Origin: Octopus bimaculoides
Lineage: Eukaryota
NCBI RefSeq assembly: GCF_001194135.2
Contig: NC_068986.1
Location: 30,637,974-30,701,973 of the forward strand
Length of the DNA: 64,000 bases
Direction: 5' to 3'
A program made the translations under genes and the position numbers. Position 1 is the first letter of the stretch. Each line of letters begins with the position of its first letter. A model generated the notes under the pieces. The model worked only from the letters and a program-made list of their open reading frames with translations, made no database searches and was not told where the DNA came from. Below are positions 49,125 to 61,570 of this stretch, piece after piece.

Positions 49125-49330
49125 TCTATTGGCTCGAGGCCAGCACAAATTTGCAGTAACAGAGAGGGGGTGGTTGAATGCATCAATTCCAGTATGTTAC
49201 TGATATTATTCTTTCCTTATTGGGTGCCAGAGGAATGAAACATAAAATGAAACCTGGTAGGATTTGAACGTAGAACATAGAAGAGACCTAACTGAACATG
49301 ACAAAGCATTTAGTCCAATGCTCTGCTGCT
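49125..49330 (-). mobile_element. SINE family C, old inverted copy
   Basis: Reverse-complement similarity (gatttgaac, aagcatttagtcc, ggcc..cacaaattt). Confidence 0.55.
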
Positions 49331-49481
49331 TCAGTCTGTCTATAGTCTTTGTTATACTAACACATACATTATATATAACCTTACTTACAAATATTGTATA
49401 TTTGTTGTGGATGCTTGATAAGAAATTTGCATCCTAACCACATGTGTGGTACCTTGAGCAAGTCATCAACATTATACATTC

Positions 49482-49670
49482 GTTCTCCATGCTGGCATGG
49501 GTTAGCTGGTTTAACAGGAGTCAGTCAACTGGAGAACTCCCTGGGTTCCATTTGTTTTGGCATGGTTTCTATGGCTGGGTGCCCTTCTAAATGCCAACCA
49601 CTTTACAGAGTTTACTGGGTGCTTTTACATGGTACTAGCACCCACAAGCCTGTAAGACTAGGATCTCTCA
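49482..49670 (-). mobile_element. family F element, decayed
   Basis: ctccatgctggcatgggtt..tttctatggctgggtgcccttctaaatgccaacc. Confidence 0.65.
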
Positions 49671-50681
49671 GCTGAGAGAGGGATATAGAGGACATGACTA
49701 TACATAGACAGCCAAGTATTCAGACATAATTACAGATCAATAATTAAGAAATTAATCTAGCAATTGCAAGGCCACTGAGTGATATCTTAAGCAAATGTTT
49801 TTTTTTACTCTAGCTTTGTGTCAATCCAAGTCCTGCAAGTGAAATTGAATATAGAAACTGTGAAGAAAAATTTGCCTCAAACTTTGTCTGAACTATGCAA
49901 GCTTCAAAGAGTGAATGTTAAAATGAAATGATTAAATATTGTCCTTTCATGAAAATATGAGAATTTCAGACATGTTTTAGTCTTATTATAAACTCATCTG
50001 CCGACCATAGACTTCACTGTATTTGCCAAAGTTGTGCTGAGATAATCATTATGTAAATATAGAAGATTGGTCACTTGTTAGTGTCAGAAAACAGAATTGT
50101 TTAATGAGTAAATAGCTCAGAGATAATTATCTGCAAGAAAAACAACAGTTGTTAACTTAGTGTTAATATATTTAATGCAGAGAATTTTAAAAAGTTAATG
50201 AGTAATCATATGTTGAGAAGCGGTGGAGACAACAATATTAGTCAATGATTAATATTTTATTTTAGAAAGTATGGCAAACAATTATTCCAAATGTATTTTG
50301 CTCTTACAACTATATCAACAAAGCATAGATCACATAAAATAACATGGTAATAGATATAATTCTGCTCTGTTTTATTATTCCAAACATAAATGCAGATAGT
50401 TCATAACCAGCATTAGCTTCAATTCCCATAAGAGTATTCATGTGAGTAAGGTAACACTGGATGTGTGATTGATTAATTATAATAAGGATTTTTAGCATCA
50501 ACACATTAGACTTAGGCTTAACTCTGTTGTGAGCCCCTAGCATTCATAATGCCAGGGCTTAACCTATTTTCCATGGAATATGAGTGGGATTAAAACTAAA
50601 CGCCCCCCCCTCATGAATGAGACACCTGGAACTACAGTAGAAGACACTTGCACAAGGCACCACACAGTGTGATTGAACCTT

Positions 50682-51501
50682 AAGTTCCTGGACTAGTTCT
50701 GTAGCATGCCAGCAGATGGCAGCACACAATTGCATGTGCAGTGAGAGCTAGCAGTGACCTTCATGAGGCAGTAAACCAAGTGACATTGCTGTGTTTACTT
50801 GACAAGTTGTGAAATTTGTGTGTTGCGTGATCATGTGTATGCTGTAGTCTGCGATTTTTGTCATGAACAGGAAGTTGGAACAAAGAGCCAACTTGGGAAG
50901 TCTGCTACAGAGACATTGAGCATGCTTCAGCAAGCTTATGGCTATGGGGCAATGGGTTGTACGCAATATTTTGGGTGGTACTGGTGCTTCAAAAGCGGAA
51001 GACCTACCACAAGCATCACCCCCAGAGATGTGGAAAAAATTCATCAGCTTGTGTATGAATTTTGTCAGAGGACAATCAATGATGTTTTGAAGCATCTGAA
51101 GAAGGACATTCTGCAAAAGCGACCAGATCTATGGAGTGCAAAAAATTGGTTTTTTCATGATGACAATCTACCTTGTCACTGAGCTCTCTTCACTCATGAG
51201 TTTCTCACCCAAAACAACATAGTATCACTTCCACACCCACTCTATTCACCAGATTTAGCACCTGAAAACTTCCATCACTTCCCCAAGATGAAAATGCAGC
51301 TCAAGAGCAAATCACTGAGAGTCCTCAAATCACTTTATGGAAAACAACTTCCAGGCTGGATTCCAAAAGTGACAGGAACACTGGGACTGCTGTATTGCTG
51401 CACAGGGTGACTATTTCAAAGGAGACAGTATTAAAATTTAGGTAAATAGGTGATTTTTTTATTAGACATAACTAGTCTGGGAACTCTTTGATACCACCTC
51501 G
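50682..51501 (+). mobile_element. internally deleted, decayed mariner DNA transposon
   Basis: Fragments GKSATETLSMLQQAYG, KRPDLW..WFFHDDNLPCH and HPLYSPDLAP. Right TIR actagtctgggaactctttgataccacctcg is followed by TA; partial left TIR aagttcctggactagt. Confidence 0.9.
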
Positions 51502-51680
51502 TAGGTGGAATGATCTGTTTCTTTAGAGTAATTGTTTTTACAGCTGAAAACCCTCCCTTATTACTAACCACTTACTGCAAGGTAATAGTGGAAGCAGATT
51601 TTTAATCAGGCAAACTGGAGTAAGCATAGTTAAGTACATTGCTAAAGTACCTTTTAAAATTAAATGCTATTAATTCAATT

Positions 51681-52072
51681 CTTTACTCTCTCTTTTACTT
51701 GTTTCAGTCATTTGACTGTGGCCATGCTGGAGCACTGCCTTTAATCGAGCAAATCGACCCCAGGACTTATTCTATGTAAGCCTAGCACTTATTCTATCGG
51801 TCTCTTTTGCCGAACCGCTAAGTTACGGGGACATAAACACACTGGCATCGGTTGTCAAGTGATGTGGGGGGGGGGGACAAACACACACACACACAAACAT
51901 ACATATATACGACGGGCTTTTTTCAGTTTCCGTCTACCAAATCCACTCACAAGGCTTTGGTCGGCCCGAGGCTATAGTAGAAGACACTTGCCCAAGGTGC
52001 CATGCAGTGGGACTGAACCTGGAACCATGTGGTTGGTAAGCAAGTGACTTACCACACAGCCACTCCTACACC
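51681..52072 (-). mobile_element. tRNA-derived SINE, family A, complete young copy
   Basis: Head, body, internal (CA)n and tail are all present. High identity to the 42495 copy, with many CpGs retained. Confidence 0.92.
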
Positions 52073-52964
52073 TGCAGTCATTTTGCACCCAAGGCTTCTT
52101 GAAAGATCTTCGAGTACAACATGGAATACACGACTGTCTAGGAGATCTATTCTGTACTTGAAGTGGGACTTACTTTATCACCTTGTGGTTTGGGTCAGCA
52201 GAAGCTGGAATGATAAACTGCTGGCTTTTGCTGATAATTTAGTCCTATAATCTTTTGTAATAACTCTTCTTTCAGTCTTATCTTTTTGTAATAACTTTTC
52301 TGTAATTAATCCTGAACAGTTTAACTGAAAGAAAAGTTAAACAAAACGAAAACTGGAGCATCCAGAGATGTTTAATAGTGTCATACAGCTGAGGGTGATA
52401 AATGGGGGAATAAAACATGTAGTAAAATCCATGGTAATATGGGCTCATGTCTACATTGTATGTCCTAATTATCATTACCTTGTCTTGATGTGTGATGCTG
52501 TCATATACAAAGTACATTAGGTGTGGAATCTATTGGCAATTTAAAATGATGCGCATTACTTAGAGGCACAACATAACTTCTATAGTATATATGTAATACT
52601 ATCCATATTATAGGCACGGTCATGGCTGTTTGGTGAAAAATCTAGCTTTCCAACCATGTGCTCTTGAGTTCACTCCCACTGCGATGCACCTTGGGCATGT
52701 TTTCTACAATACACCAGGGCCCTGTGAGTGTGTTTGGTAGACAGAAACTGAAAGAAACCCATTGTGTGTGTTTATCTGTACCCTTGTCTGGCTATGTGGA
52801 AATAGGCCATGGGAAATCTGCCTCAACAAATACCATTTGATACATGTGATCAGAATACCAGTACCATCATTTCTAAACTATTGTGCTATGTCAATATTGA
52901 TTTCTTACATAGTAAAAGAAGTATTATGAAAGTATTATCACAAATAAAGATTTCTCAATAAATG

Positions 52965-53004
<40 letters not shown>

Positions 53005-54223
53005 AGTTAAAATTTGTTCCTGTAACGGAATAGTCAATTTAACTATTATAATATATACTGTATTTATTGGTGTATAATGAATGTGCCCCACTAATAATGA
53101 GCTATGAGATCTTGAACATGAAATAACCTCTTCAGTATAATACATACTTTTTTTTTTCTTCAGTAATATGATCAAAAGAAAATAAATGTTTAGTCAGATA
53201 ATTGTTATCTGTTTTGATGATACATATTTTGAATGTACTTTAATAGCAAATTCAAAAGTGACCTTTTGGCTTTACCAGTGTAGGCTGTTAAATTGTACCT
53301 GTATACAAAAAAGTCAACCAGTTTAGAAGGCAGGGTATAATATGAAAATTGCAGAATGTAAATACTTTCTTTACTAACAACTTTTGTTCTTTCAATGAAA
53401 ATATATAATAGTTCGTTATAATAATTACAGTATTTCGGGAACAGAGGTACTTATATTTTTTTCAGTTTACATTCACATCTTGATAATGACAGTATTTATG
53501 TATTATCCTTATTGATTAGTTATTAATTTAATCTTCACATTAAGTCAAGTAGTACTGAAAATACTACTTGACTTAATGTAGTATTTTCAATATGAAAGTA
53601 TTGCATTCTAGCCTTCCATACTTAAGCTTAGCAGCAGTAATTCCAAGGGGTGCAGATGCTGAACATTTATTATTACGATGATAGGAATATGCAACATTGT
53701 TATTGTGCGTTTAACTGTTTGTTATATCAGTTAGTTTGAACAATAGACATAACTTAGCTGCAGCCATGCCATCCTGTCTATGGTGACACACTTGACAGGG
53801 GAAAGGGGAAAGGCTTAATTTTTAAGTATAATGCACACCCGTAATATTTACATTCAAAACTCTAGAAAGAAAAAGCATTTTGCATGCACACAGCATTAAT
53901 ACATCCTCTTCAAGATAGTTTCATGGTAGTAAGTGGATTTTACATATAGTGAATTACCTTACTTGGAAACAGGTAAGGGTTAGCAATAGGGAGGACATCC
54001 AGATGTAGAAAAATGTCTCACCAAATTGTGTCTGACCCATACAAGCATGGATAATGGATGGTAAATGAAAGCGTGTGTTTTTGAAGTATGTGTGTGTTTA
54101 AACTAAACTGACACTTTGTTGGTTACAACAAATGTTTCTGTTAATCGGATCAAAGGAACAACCTGCTCAGGAAATTAATGTGCAAGTGACTGAGCACTCC
54201 ACAAACACATGTACCCTTAAATA

Positions 54224-54540
54224 GTTTCTACAGTTGGATGCCCTCCCTAACGCCAACCACTCCGAGAGTGTAGTGAGTGCTTTTTACATGCCACTGGCAT
54301 GGGAGCCAGTCAGGCAGCACTGGCATCGGTCACATTTGAACGGTGTTTATTGCGTGCCACCAGCACAAGGAGCCAGTCAGGCAGCACTGGCAGCGCCCCA
54401 CGCATTAATGGTGCTTATTGCATGCAACCAGCTCGAGAGCCAATCAGGTGGCACTGGCATCAGCCACAACTACAATTTCCATTTTTGATTGTGATTTGAT
54501 TTTGCTTGACTCAGTAGGTCTCCTCAAGCGCAAGATAATT
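54224..54540 (-). mobile_element. family F element with internal ~66-68 bp tandem repeat (about 2.7 copies)
   Basis: gtttctacagttggatgccctccctaacgccaacc followed by repeated gagccagtcaggcagcactggca units at 54290-54480. Abuts a family B fragment at 54120-54220. Confidence 0.7.
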
Positions 54541-56140
54541 GGTACTCTGCAGTTGGCAAATTTTTACTCTTTCATAATCAGTTATATTAGAAAGTCAATA
54601 AAATTTACAGTCTTTTAAGAGAGAATTTTTTAAACACCCTACCCCCTTCCTCATTGCTATTCTCTAATGCTGCCAAAATCCTGTATGATTATAAATATAG
54701 TAGTTTGGTCTGTATTTAATCTTGACTTTCTGCCGAAAATCCTAGCCGAATTGTGCCATTATACAAATTGATTAAAATACCATGAAGAATAAAAGAGAAC
54801 TGATTTCATCATATGATCAGTTCTGGGAGAGAGGTGGGAATTCATCATTGAATTGCTTGTATTGTCTTTGGTTATTTAAATCACTTTTTTTTTTAAATTG
54901 AATTTATTTTATTAAAGATCTATTTTGATTTCCAAGCCAACCTGCACATGAAGTAACTAATTTTTAGCTCTGTCTTCTATTTTGGAATTACCATTATAAA
55001 TAACTTGATAAAGAATAAAGGAACCTCATCAGGTTAGAAAGGAAGCTTTTTTGTAAAGATTGGTAAAAGAGGCAATGGAATGAATTAATAACTAAATATA
55101 CATTTTACAATTCTTGTTTCTTTTATTTCCAAATTTCTGAAAAGACATAATAGTTGAAATGAATTCAGAGTTGTCATCATCATCATCACCATCATTGTTT
55201 TAACGCCTACTTCCCTATGCTTGTGTGGGTCAGGCAACATTTGTTGAGGCAGATTTCTATGACTGGATGGTTCTTGTTGCCAACCCTCACCTGTTTCCCA
55301 GTAAGATTATAAAATCTATAGATGTACTCTGTTGTGCAGTATAGCACTGAAACAGAACTCTGATAACACACCAGTAATTTCTAAAATTTTTACTATGTTT
55401 CATCCATACACATGCCTAAAAAGAATATTTTTCTTAATGAATTTGGTGTTTATTCAGAAAGATGTTAATTATAAAATAGCTTGTATTTATTATCAAAACC
55501 AGCTGGCATCATTCAATGATTCTGCCTATATGCAGAATTATTTAATGTAATATAGTTCAATATAGAGACCTGTAAAATTAATTTTTTATCATTGTTCTTA
55601 GTAGATTGTCTTTCTTGTTATTGGCAAAATGAGTTTTAAAAAAACCTGAAGCATACTCACTTATATCCAAGTTTCATATCTTCATATTTTGAATTTTTCA
55701 TGCCCTGATGGTGTCTCTCATCACTCTAGGGGGCCAATATAATAAGTAGCAATTAAAGTATTGGAGTTTAGCCAGATATAGAACATTGATGTAAGTCATT
55801 TGATCTGCTTAGCACTGCAGCAAAATCTCACACAATAAATTGCCTTTTCTCTTTAAAAAATGAAATCACATGTTTAAGTTCTAAGCATGTCCCAACCTTA
55901 GAGATGAGATGAAAGCAGCCAAAGCATTGGTGAAATAACAGAAGTTTTATTCAGACAGACTGACACACCAAACATTTTATATATGCATTATTCATTTATT
56001 CTGAAAATGTTTGGTTTAGCTGCTAGACAAAGTTGACTGTGGTTACAATAACAACTTAAGTAGAATCAATCCACTTTAGCACTCCTTCCATTTACTGAAA
56101 AGATGCTTAATGCCATGAACCAATGAGGGAGCCTTTATGC

Positions 56141-56396
56141 TAGTGGTTCTCAATCATGCTGGAGATTAAACAAAAAAATATATAATTGGCACATTTTGCG
56201 TGGAAAGTTCTAATCTCTTAAAATTTAGAAGAAAAATATACAGAAAAACTGTTGCTTTTCTTGTTCTATTAATCCTATTTTTGTACAAAATTATGAATAA
56301 CATGTTTATCAAGACTCTCCAAGCCATAACTATGGATTTTCTAAAATCTTAAGTGATATTTTTTACAATCCACAGCACACTATTTAAGAACCACTA
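56141..56396. mobile_element. hAT-type MITE with 8-bp target-site duplication
   Basis: TIRs tagtggttctcaa and ttaagaaccacta. Exact TSD ctttatgc at 56133-56140 and 56397-56404. Confidence 0.85.
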
Positions 56397-56825
56397 CTTT
56401 ATGCAGTCATTCATCCTGCTAAAAATAGCATTTGGTTATCCTTGAAATCATTCAGTGTCTTACAGAAATATACAGGCATACCTGTTAATTGGTTCCAAGA
56501 AATGTGACTTAATTCGAAAAGCAATATTAACATGAAAATCATTTTAAAAAATTTATTAGCTTATATCTGTTTTAAGAAATGTTTTGTACATATTTTCACA
56601 TTTTATTTTATTTTCCATTCCAGTGTTAGTTTTTAGGTATATATTTTTCCGTTGTTTTTAAATATGTTTGCTAAGACCTACATAAAATCGGATAAATTGA
56701 CTGAAGTTGAGGAGTATTTTTCATTAATTTCTTTTTTTTTTAAATTACATGATGTTAAAAATGACATAACTTAAAACAACATAAATTGAGGTTTGCCATT
56801 ATATTGGAGAGTGCAGTCTTAGTTA

Positions 56826-57117
56826 CTTGTCTTATTTTATCCTTTACTTGTTTCAGTCATTAGACTGAGGCCATGCTAGGGAACTGCCTTGAAGAATTTT
56901 AGTCTAACAAATCAACTCCAATACTTTATTTTTTATTTTATTTTTTTTTTGTAAAACCTGGTACTGATTCTATCACTCTTTTGTCAATCTGCTTAGTTAT
57001 GGGGACATAAACACACCAACACCAATTGTCAAGCAATGGGGGACAAACATACACACACACACATATATGACTGGCTGCTTTCAATTTCTGTTTACCAAAT
57101 CCACTCACAAGGCTTTG
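56826..57117 (-). mobile_element. SINE family A, 5'-truncated copy
   Basis: Same tail and body blocks as 38283-38565. Confidence 0.75.
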
Positions 57118-58402
57118 AGATAAAAACACCAAAATTAAAAACACCAAGTGTATAAAATACAATATTTTTGGCAGTGTATTTCATTCTGTTCAATTTTATT
57201 TCAAGGGGGAAGCTACCATTCTGTCTAGAAATATTACCTCTAATAGGCTGGGATTCTGTCCAGCATAAGTTTTATATCTTATCTATTTAATACCATAAAA
57301 CTAGAGTTAAAGCACCTATCTACTATCCAACCTCTCATGGTTTAGATGACATTTTACTCTGGCAAAAAAAAAATATATATATATTGATTAACTAGATGTA
57401 TAGAAGGAAGTTTGGTGTGAAACTTGTTAAAAATAACAGAAACAATTGTTTTCTTTGTGTGAGAAATTGAACTTATAAATGTTAGGTGTCACTTCAGTTG
57501 ATAAATACCATCTGTTTATTCTCAAGAAATCTGGAAGTACAGTGTAAATGAAAATCTTTGATTTCACAATAATAACCAAAGTATGTCTTCAATTGATTTT
57601 TGCCTCTACTTCACACACACACTAACATATACATATATATGGTATATATTATGTGTATAGGAGAGAAGACATCGCAATACAGTTTTAAGAAGGCTGAACA
57701 ATTTTATCTTCTGTTCTCTCATATATAGGCTCTAACAACAGATGTCTATTACTTGTAATTGCTCTATAAATTTTGTTGATATTGGAATCTAGTCAAGGGG
57801 TGCCAGACTGAATTTAAAAAAGCATCTAATCTGACTCTATTAATAAAGACCAAACCCACTATTATAATAGTACAACTGAATAATGATGCCTTTTGACCTG
57901 GCTCGTTGCAAATTTTATTGGAACACAGATACATTGAAATAAATTCACACCAGTCTCTGGAATCTCCACATCACTCTTGTCTGTTATACATGTGATGATC
58001 AGAACAATGGCACCAATTCCACTAGTCACAGAGGGCCTGCAAAAGTTATGGGCTCTGCCCCTTCTTCTAGATTCAACAAATAAAAACAAAAAAGATTTTT
58101 AGTATTTACTTTATCAACATGTGACAGAAGAAAGGTCCATTTGGATCTGGCAAGGTTTGAACTTGGAGTGGCTACATATCAAACAAGATTCCTTACTAAG
58201 TGTCTAGGCTAGCTTTCTGCCACATGTTGCCACGTGTGCTAGCTAGCTACATCTCAAACTAGGTCTGCTAAATTTAAGTCATAGACAAAGTTGTTTAGTT
58301 ATCCTGCTGTTTCAGACTGGAAAGTCTCCTAGAGGGGTAAACACTGTCTCGATTATTTTTTTCAATTAAGCTAAAGCTTGATAACACACGCACGCACGCA
58401 CA

Positions 58403-58437
<35 letters not shown>

Positions 58438-59478
58438 GCGCGCGTGCGTATAAGCACACTCACTTTGTCGGTGAGTATAATTGTTTATATTTTCATTTTG
58501 CTATTATTGTCTTCATCGACTATCAACTGACTGAATCTATAAGATGCTTGTTTGTTAGCCAAAGATTCAGCTATTAATATTTTGCCGCTGACACTGTGCT
58601 ATGTCTTGGTGACCCAGGCTTCTTGGCTGTATATAGGTACCAGGATGAGGAATAACTTATCAGTATAAACAGTGTAGATGAATTTTTAATTGGTGCCTAG
58701 TGTAAACTCAAATACATTATTAAATATAGTGGGGGCAACAGGAAACTGTATGTCTTCTTTTGAATCACTATAGAAAGAAAAGTTTTCAATGATGTCATTG
58801 ATGTTAGAAGACCTCCATCCTCTTCCCCCCAGCTTTATGAGATGTCAGTCTGTGGGATTTTTCTACTGCTAACCACTCAGCCATGAAGTAGGAATGGGAT
58901 TTACTGCCAAGCAGAGAGAAGTGCCTTAGCTTGAAACAAAGAGGTAGCTTTGATCTCCTAAAAATAGTAGCCAATTCTAATCATAGTCTGTTATCTTTAA
59001 AAAATATATATCTAGGAGTGGGTAGGGAGACACATTGACTATGATATAACCCTAGAAGATGGAATATTATGCCTTTGATCATAGCTATGCTTGATTAAGG
59101 TTAACCTAGGGTTAAACAACTACATAATGCATGTAATTATATTCAAATACTCAGCCTCTTGAATTATTAACCTCACAAAATAAAGTTGAAAAAAAAATGG
59201 TCCTCTGCATATATTTTGTATACAAATCTATCTTAAACCCTACTATATCTCTCAGCTTTAGGAAATCCTCGGGGGACTGAATCTTAGCCTAAAGGTTCCT
59301 GTGAACCTACAAAAAGCAAAATCCCTGAAATCTAGACTGGGGACATTTAATCCAATCTGTTGCCAGTCTGGTTGCATTCTTACACCTTCTGCATCTACCA
59401 TCATCTTCAAGGGGACATTTTGGGTGGTTTGATCGTTAGAAATAGTAACCAAATCTCCTTCAACTCACACATCTACTG

Positions 59479-59516
<38 letters not shown>

Positions 59517-61190
59517 AAGAAAAGTGACTGGCTGGATTGTGATTTCAGGTTCAGTCCTACTGCACAGTACCTTGGGCAAGTGTCTTCTACAATAGTACTG
59601 GGTCAACCAAAGCCTTATGAGTGGGATTTTGTTGATAGACTGAAAGAAGCCCACCATATATGTGTGTATGCCCTTGATTTGACATCCTGTAATGATTGCA
59701 AACAGTCCTCACTATCATAGTGTTGTTCATTTCTAGTTTTCTGTGAGAATCTGTTTGACTATGGGGTAAATATTACTTTGCTTGGAAACAGGTTTAGGGT
59801 GGCATCCAGCTACAGAAAATGTACCTCAATAAATTCTGTCTAACCCATGCAAGCATTAGGAAAGTGGACATTAAAATGATGATGATGATACATGCATACA
59901 AATATGTCTTGTTATATAACCTTGTGAGTAGGTGGGTTGATAGAAACTGAAATAAGACCATCAGGTATGTGTGTGTAGTGGGGTGCTATAATAGTGTAGA
60001 CCAGACTATCAGATGTTACACACTCCTAATCAAAGTGCACTATGTGTTGTTTCAGCTTTCAAATGATGCCACATTGCTAGCTAAGTGGATAGTCCATTCC
60101 CACTGAACAGAATGCCAGTCTGTCATAGGGTTGGTTACCCGTTTGCAACATAAGAATACAATACACCACTGGTCTGGGAACGGAAACCACTATCTCGCAA
60201 TTGTGTGTGTGGACTTACATTTTACTTGCTTCTCCAAAAGTTTCTGTATGCAGTTGTCGTCAGTTCTTTTTTCAAAAGATCATCTGCTTGCTTCTCATCT
60301 TTCAAGTCATGCAGAATAAGAGATCCCTTACTGGGAAAATGGGTAAGGGTTAACAACAGAAAGAGCATCCAACAGTAAAATATGTAACCCATGAAAGCAT
60401 GCAAAAAAAAAAAACACTCATAAAAAATACAGTTGAATATACACTAATATCAAACAGTGAGAATGAGTGCTCAACACTGCATTGGTAGGTATTCTTTGAG
60501 GTAAACAAGTACCACTGTTCTCATCTGGCAGCCTTGATAATTGTTGAGATTTTTCTACATGAAACCATTGGTAGCCTTGTTAACCCACAAATAAAGTATA
60601 TGTATGTGTGTGTGCACGCCACCATTATTTGACATTGGATTAGTTTGGGAAATTTGATCAGACGATATGAAAACGAAGGGAGATTTCTTTGATACTGTTG
60701 AGTATTCATAAATACTCTTCAAAGTTAATCGTATATTCTGATTGCTCTTTCATAATTATATTTCAGTATTAATTACTTCTATATAGGAATATTAATTTTA
60801 TTCTTGTTCTAAAATCATTTTAAAGAGATTAAAAATATTTTCTTTTACACATAATTAATTCATACACTTGATGGTATGTAACTTAATATTCACATTGTTT
60901 AATACTTGTTTACAACATTTGATTTTGTTATCATTTTTTTTCTCTTGTCCCCAAAAAATTTCCTTTAAAAACTTTTTTTTTATTGCTCTCATCCTGTGTA
61001 ATATTCACTTCCTGTACACACCCACTTTTCAGTAGAATTCGTTAATCCTTCCTTAATTACAAGTATTAACGATGGGAATAGGCTAAACAATATATTTAAG
61101 GACAGGAACTACCAGTAATATATTTGGGTTAGTTTTGTAGGAAATACATAATGTAAATGTATTTTCTAATTACCACTGGATGTTTGACTT

Positions 61191-61570
61191 GTTGTTGGCA
61201 CTCCTTCGCTTACGACGTTGAGGGTTCCAGTTGATCCGATCAACGGAACAGCCTGCTCGTGAAATTAACGTGCAAGTGGCTGAGCACTCCACAGACATGT
61301 GTACCCTTAATGTAGTTCTCGAGGATATTCAGCGTGACACAGTGTGACAAGCCTGACCCTTTGAATTACAGGCACAACAGAAACAGGAAGTAAGAGTGAG
61401 AGAAAGTTGTGGTGAAAGAGTACAGCAGGGTTTTCCACCACCCCCTGCCGGAGCCTCGTGGAGCTTTAGGTGTTTTCACTCAATAAACACAATGCCTGGT
61501 CTAGGAATTGAAACCGTGATCCTATGACCGCAAGTCCACTGCCGTAACCACTGGGCTATTGCACCTCCAC
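61191..61570 (-). mobile_element. tRNA-derived SINE, family B, full length with 11-bp TSD
   Basis: Same family as 16200-16567. Flanked by the direct repeat atgtttgactt at 61180-61190 and 61571-61581. Confidence 0.93.

Noticed and set aside
58381-58450. (CA)n-(CG)n alternating purine-pyrimidine tract as a functional Z-DNA element
   Set aside because: It is an ordinary microsatellite variant deep in an intron, and nothing else supports function.
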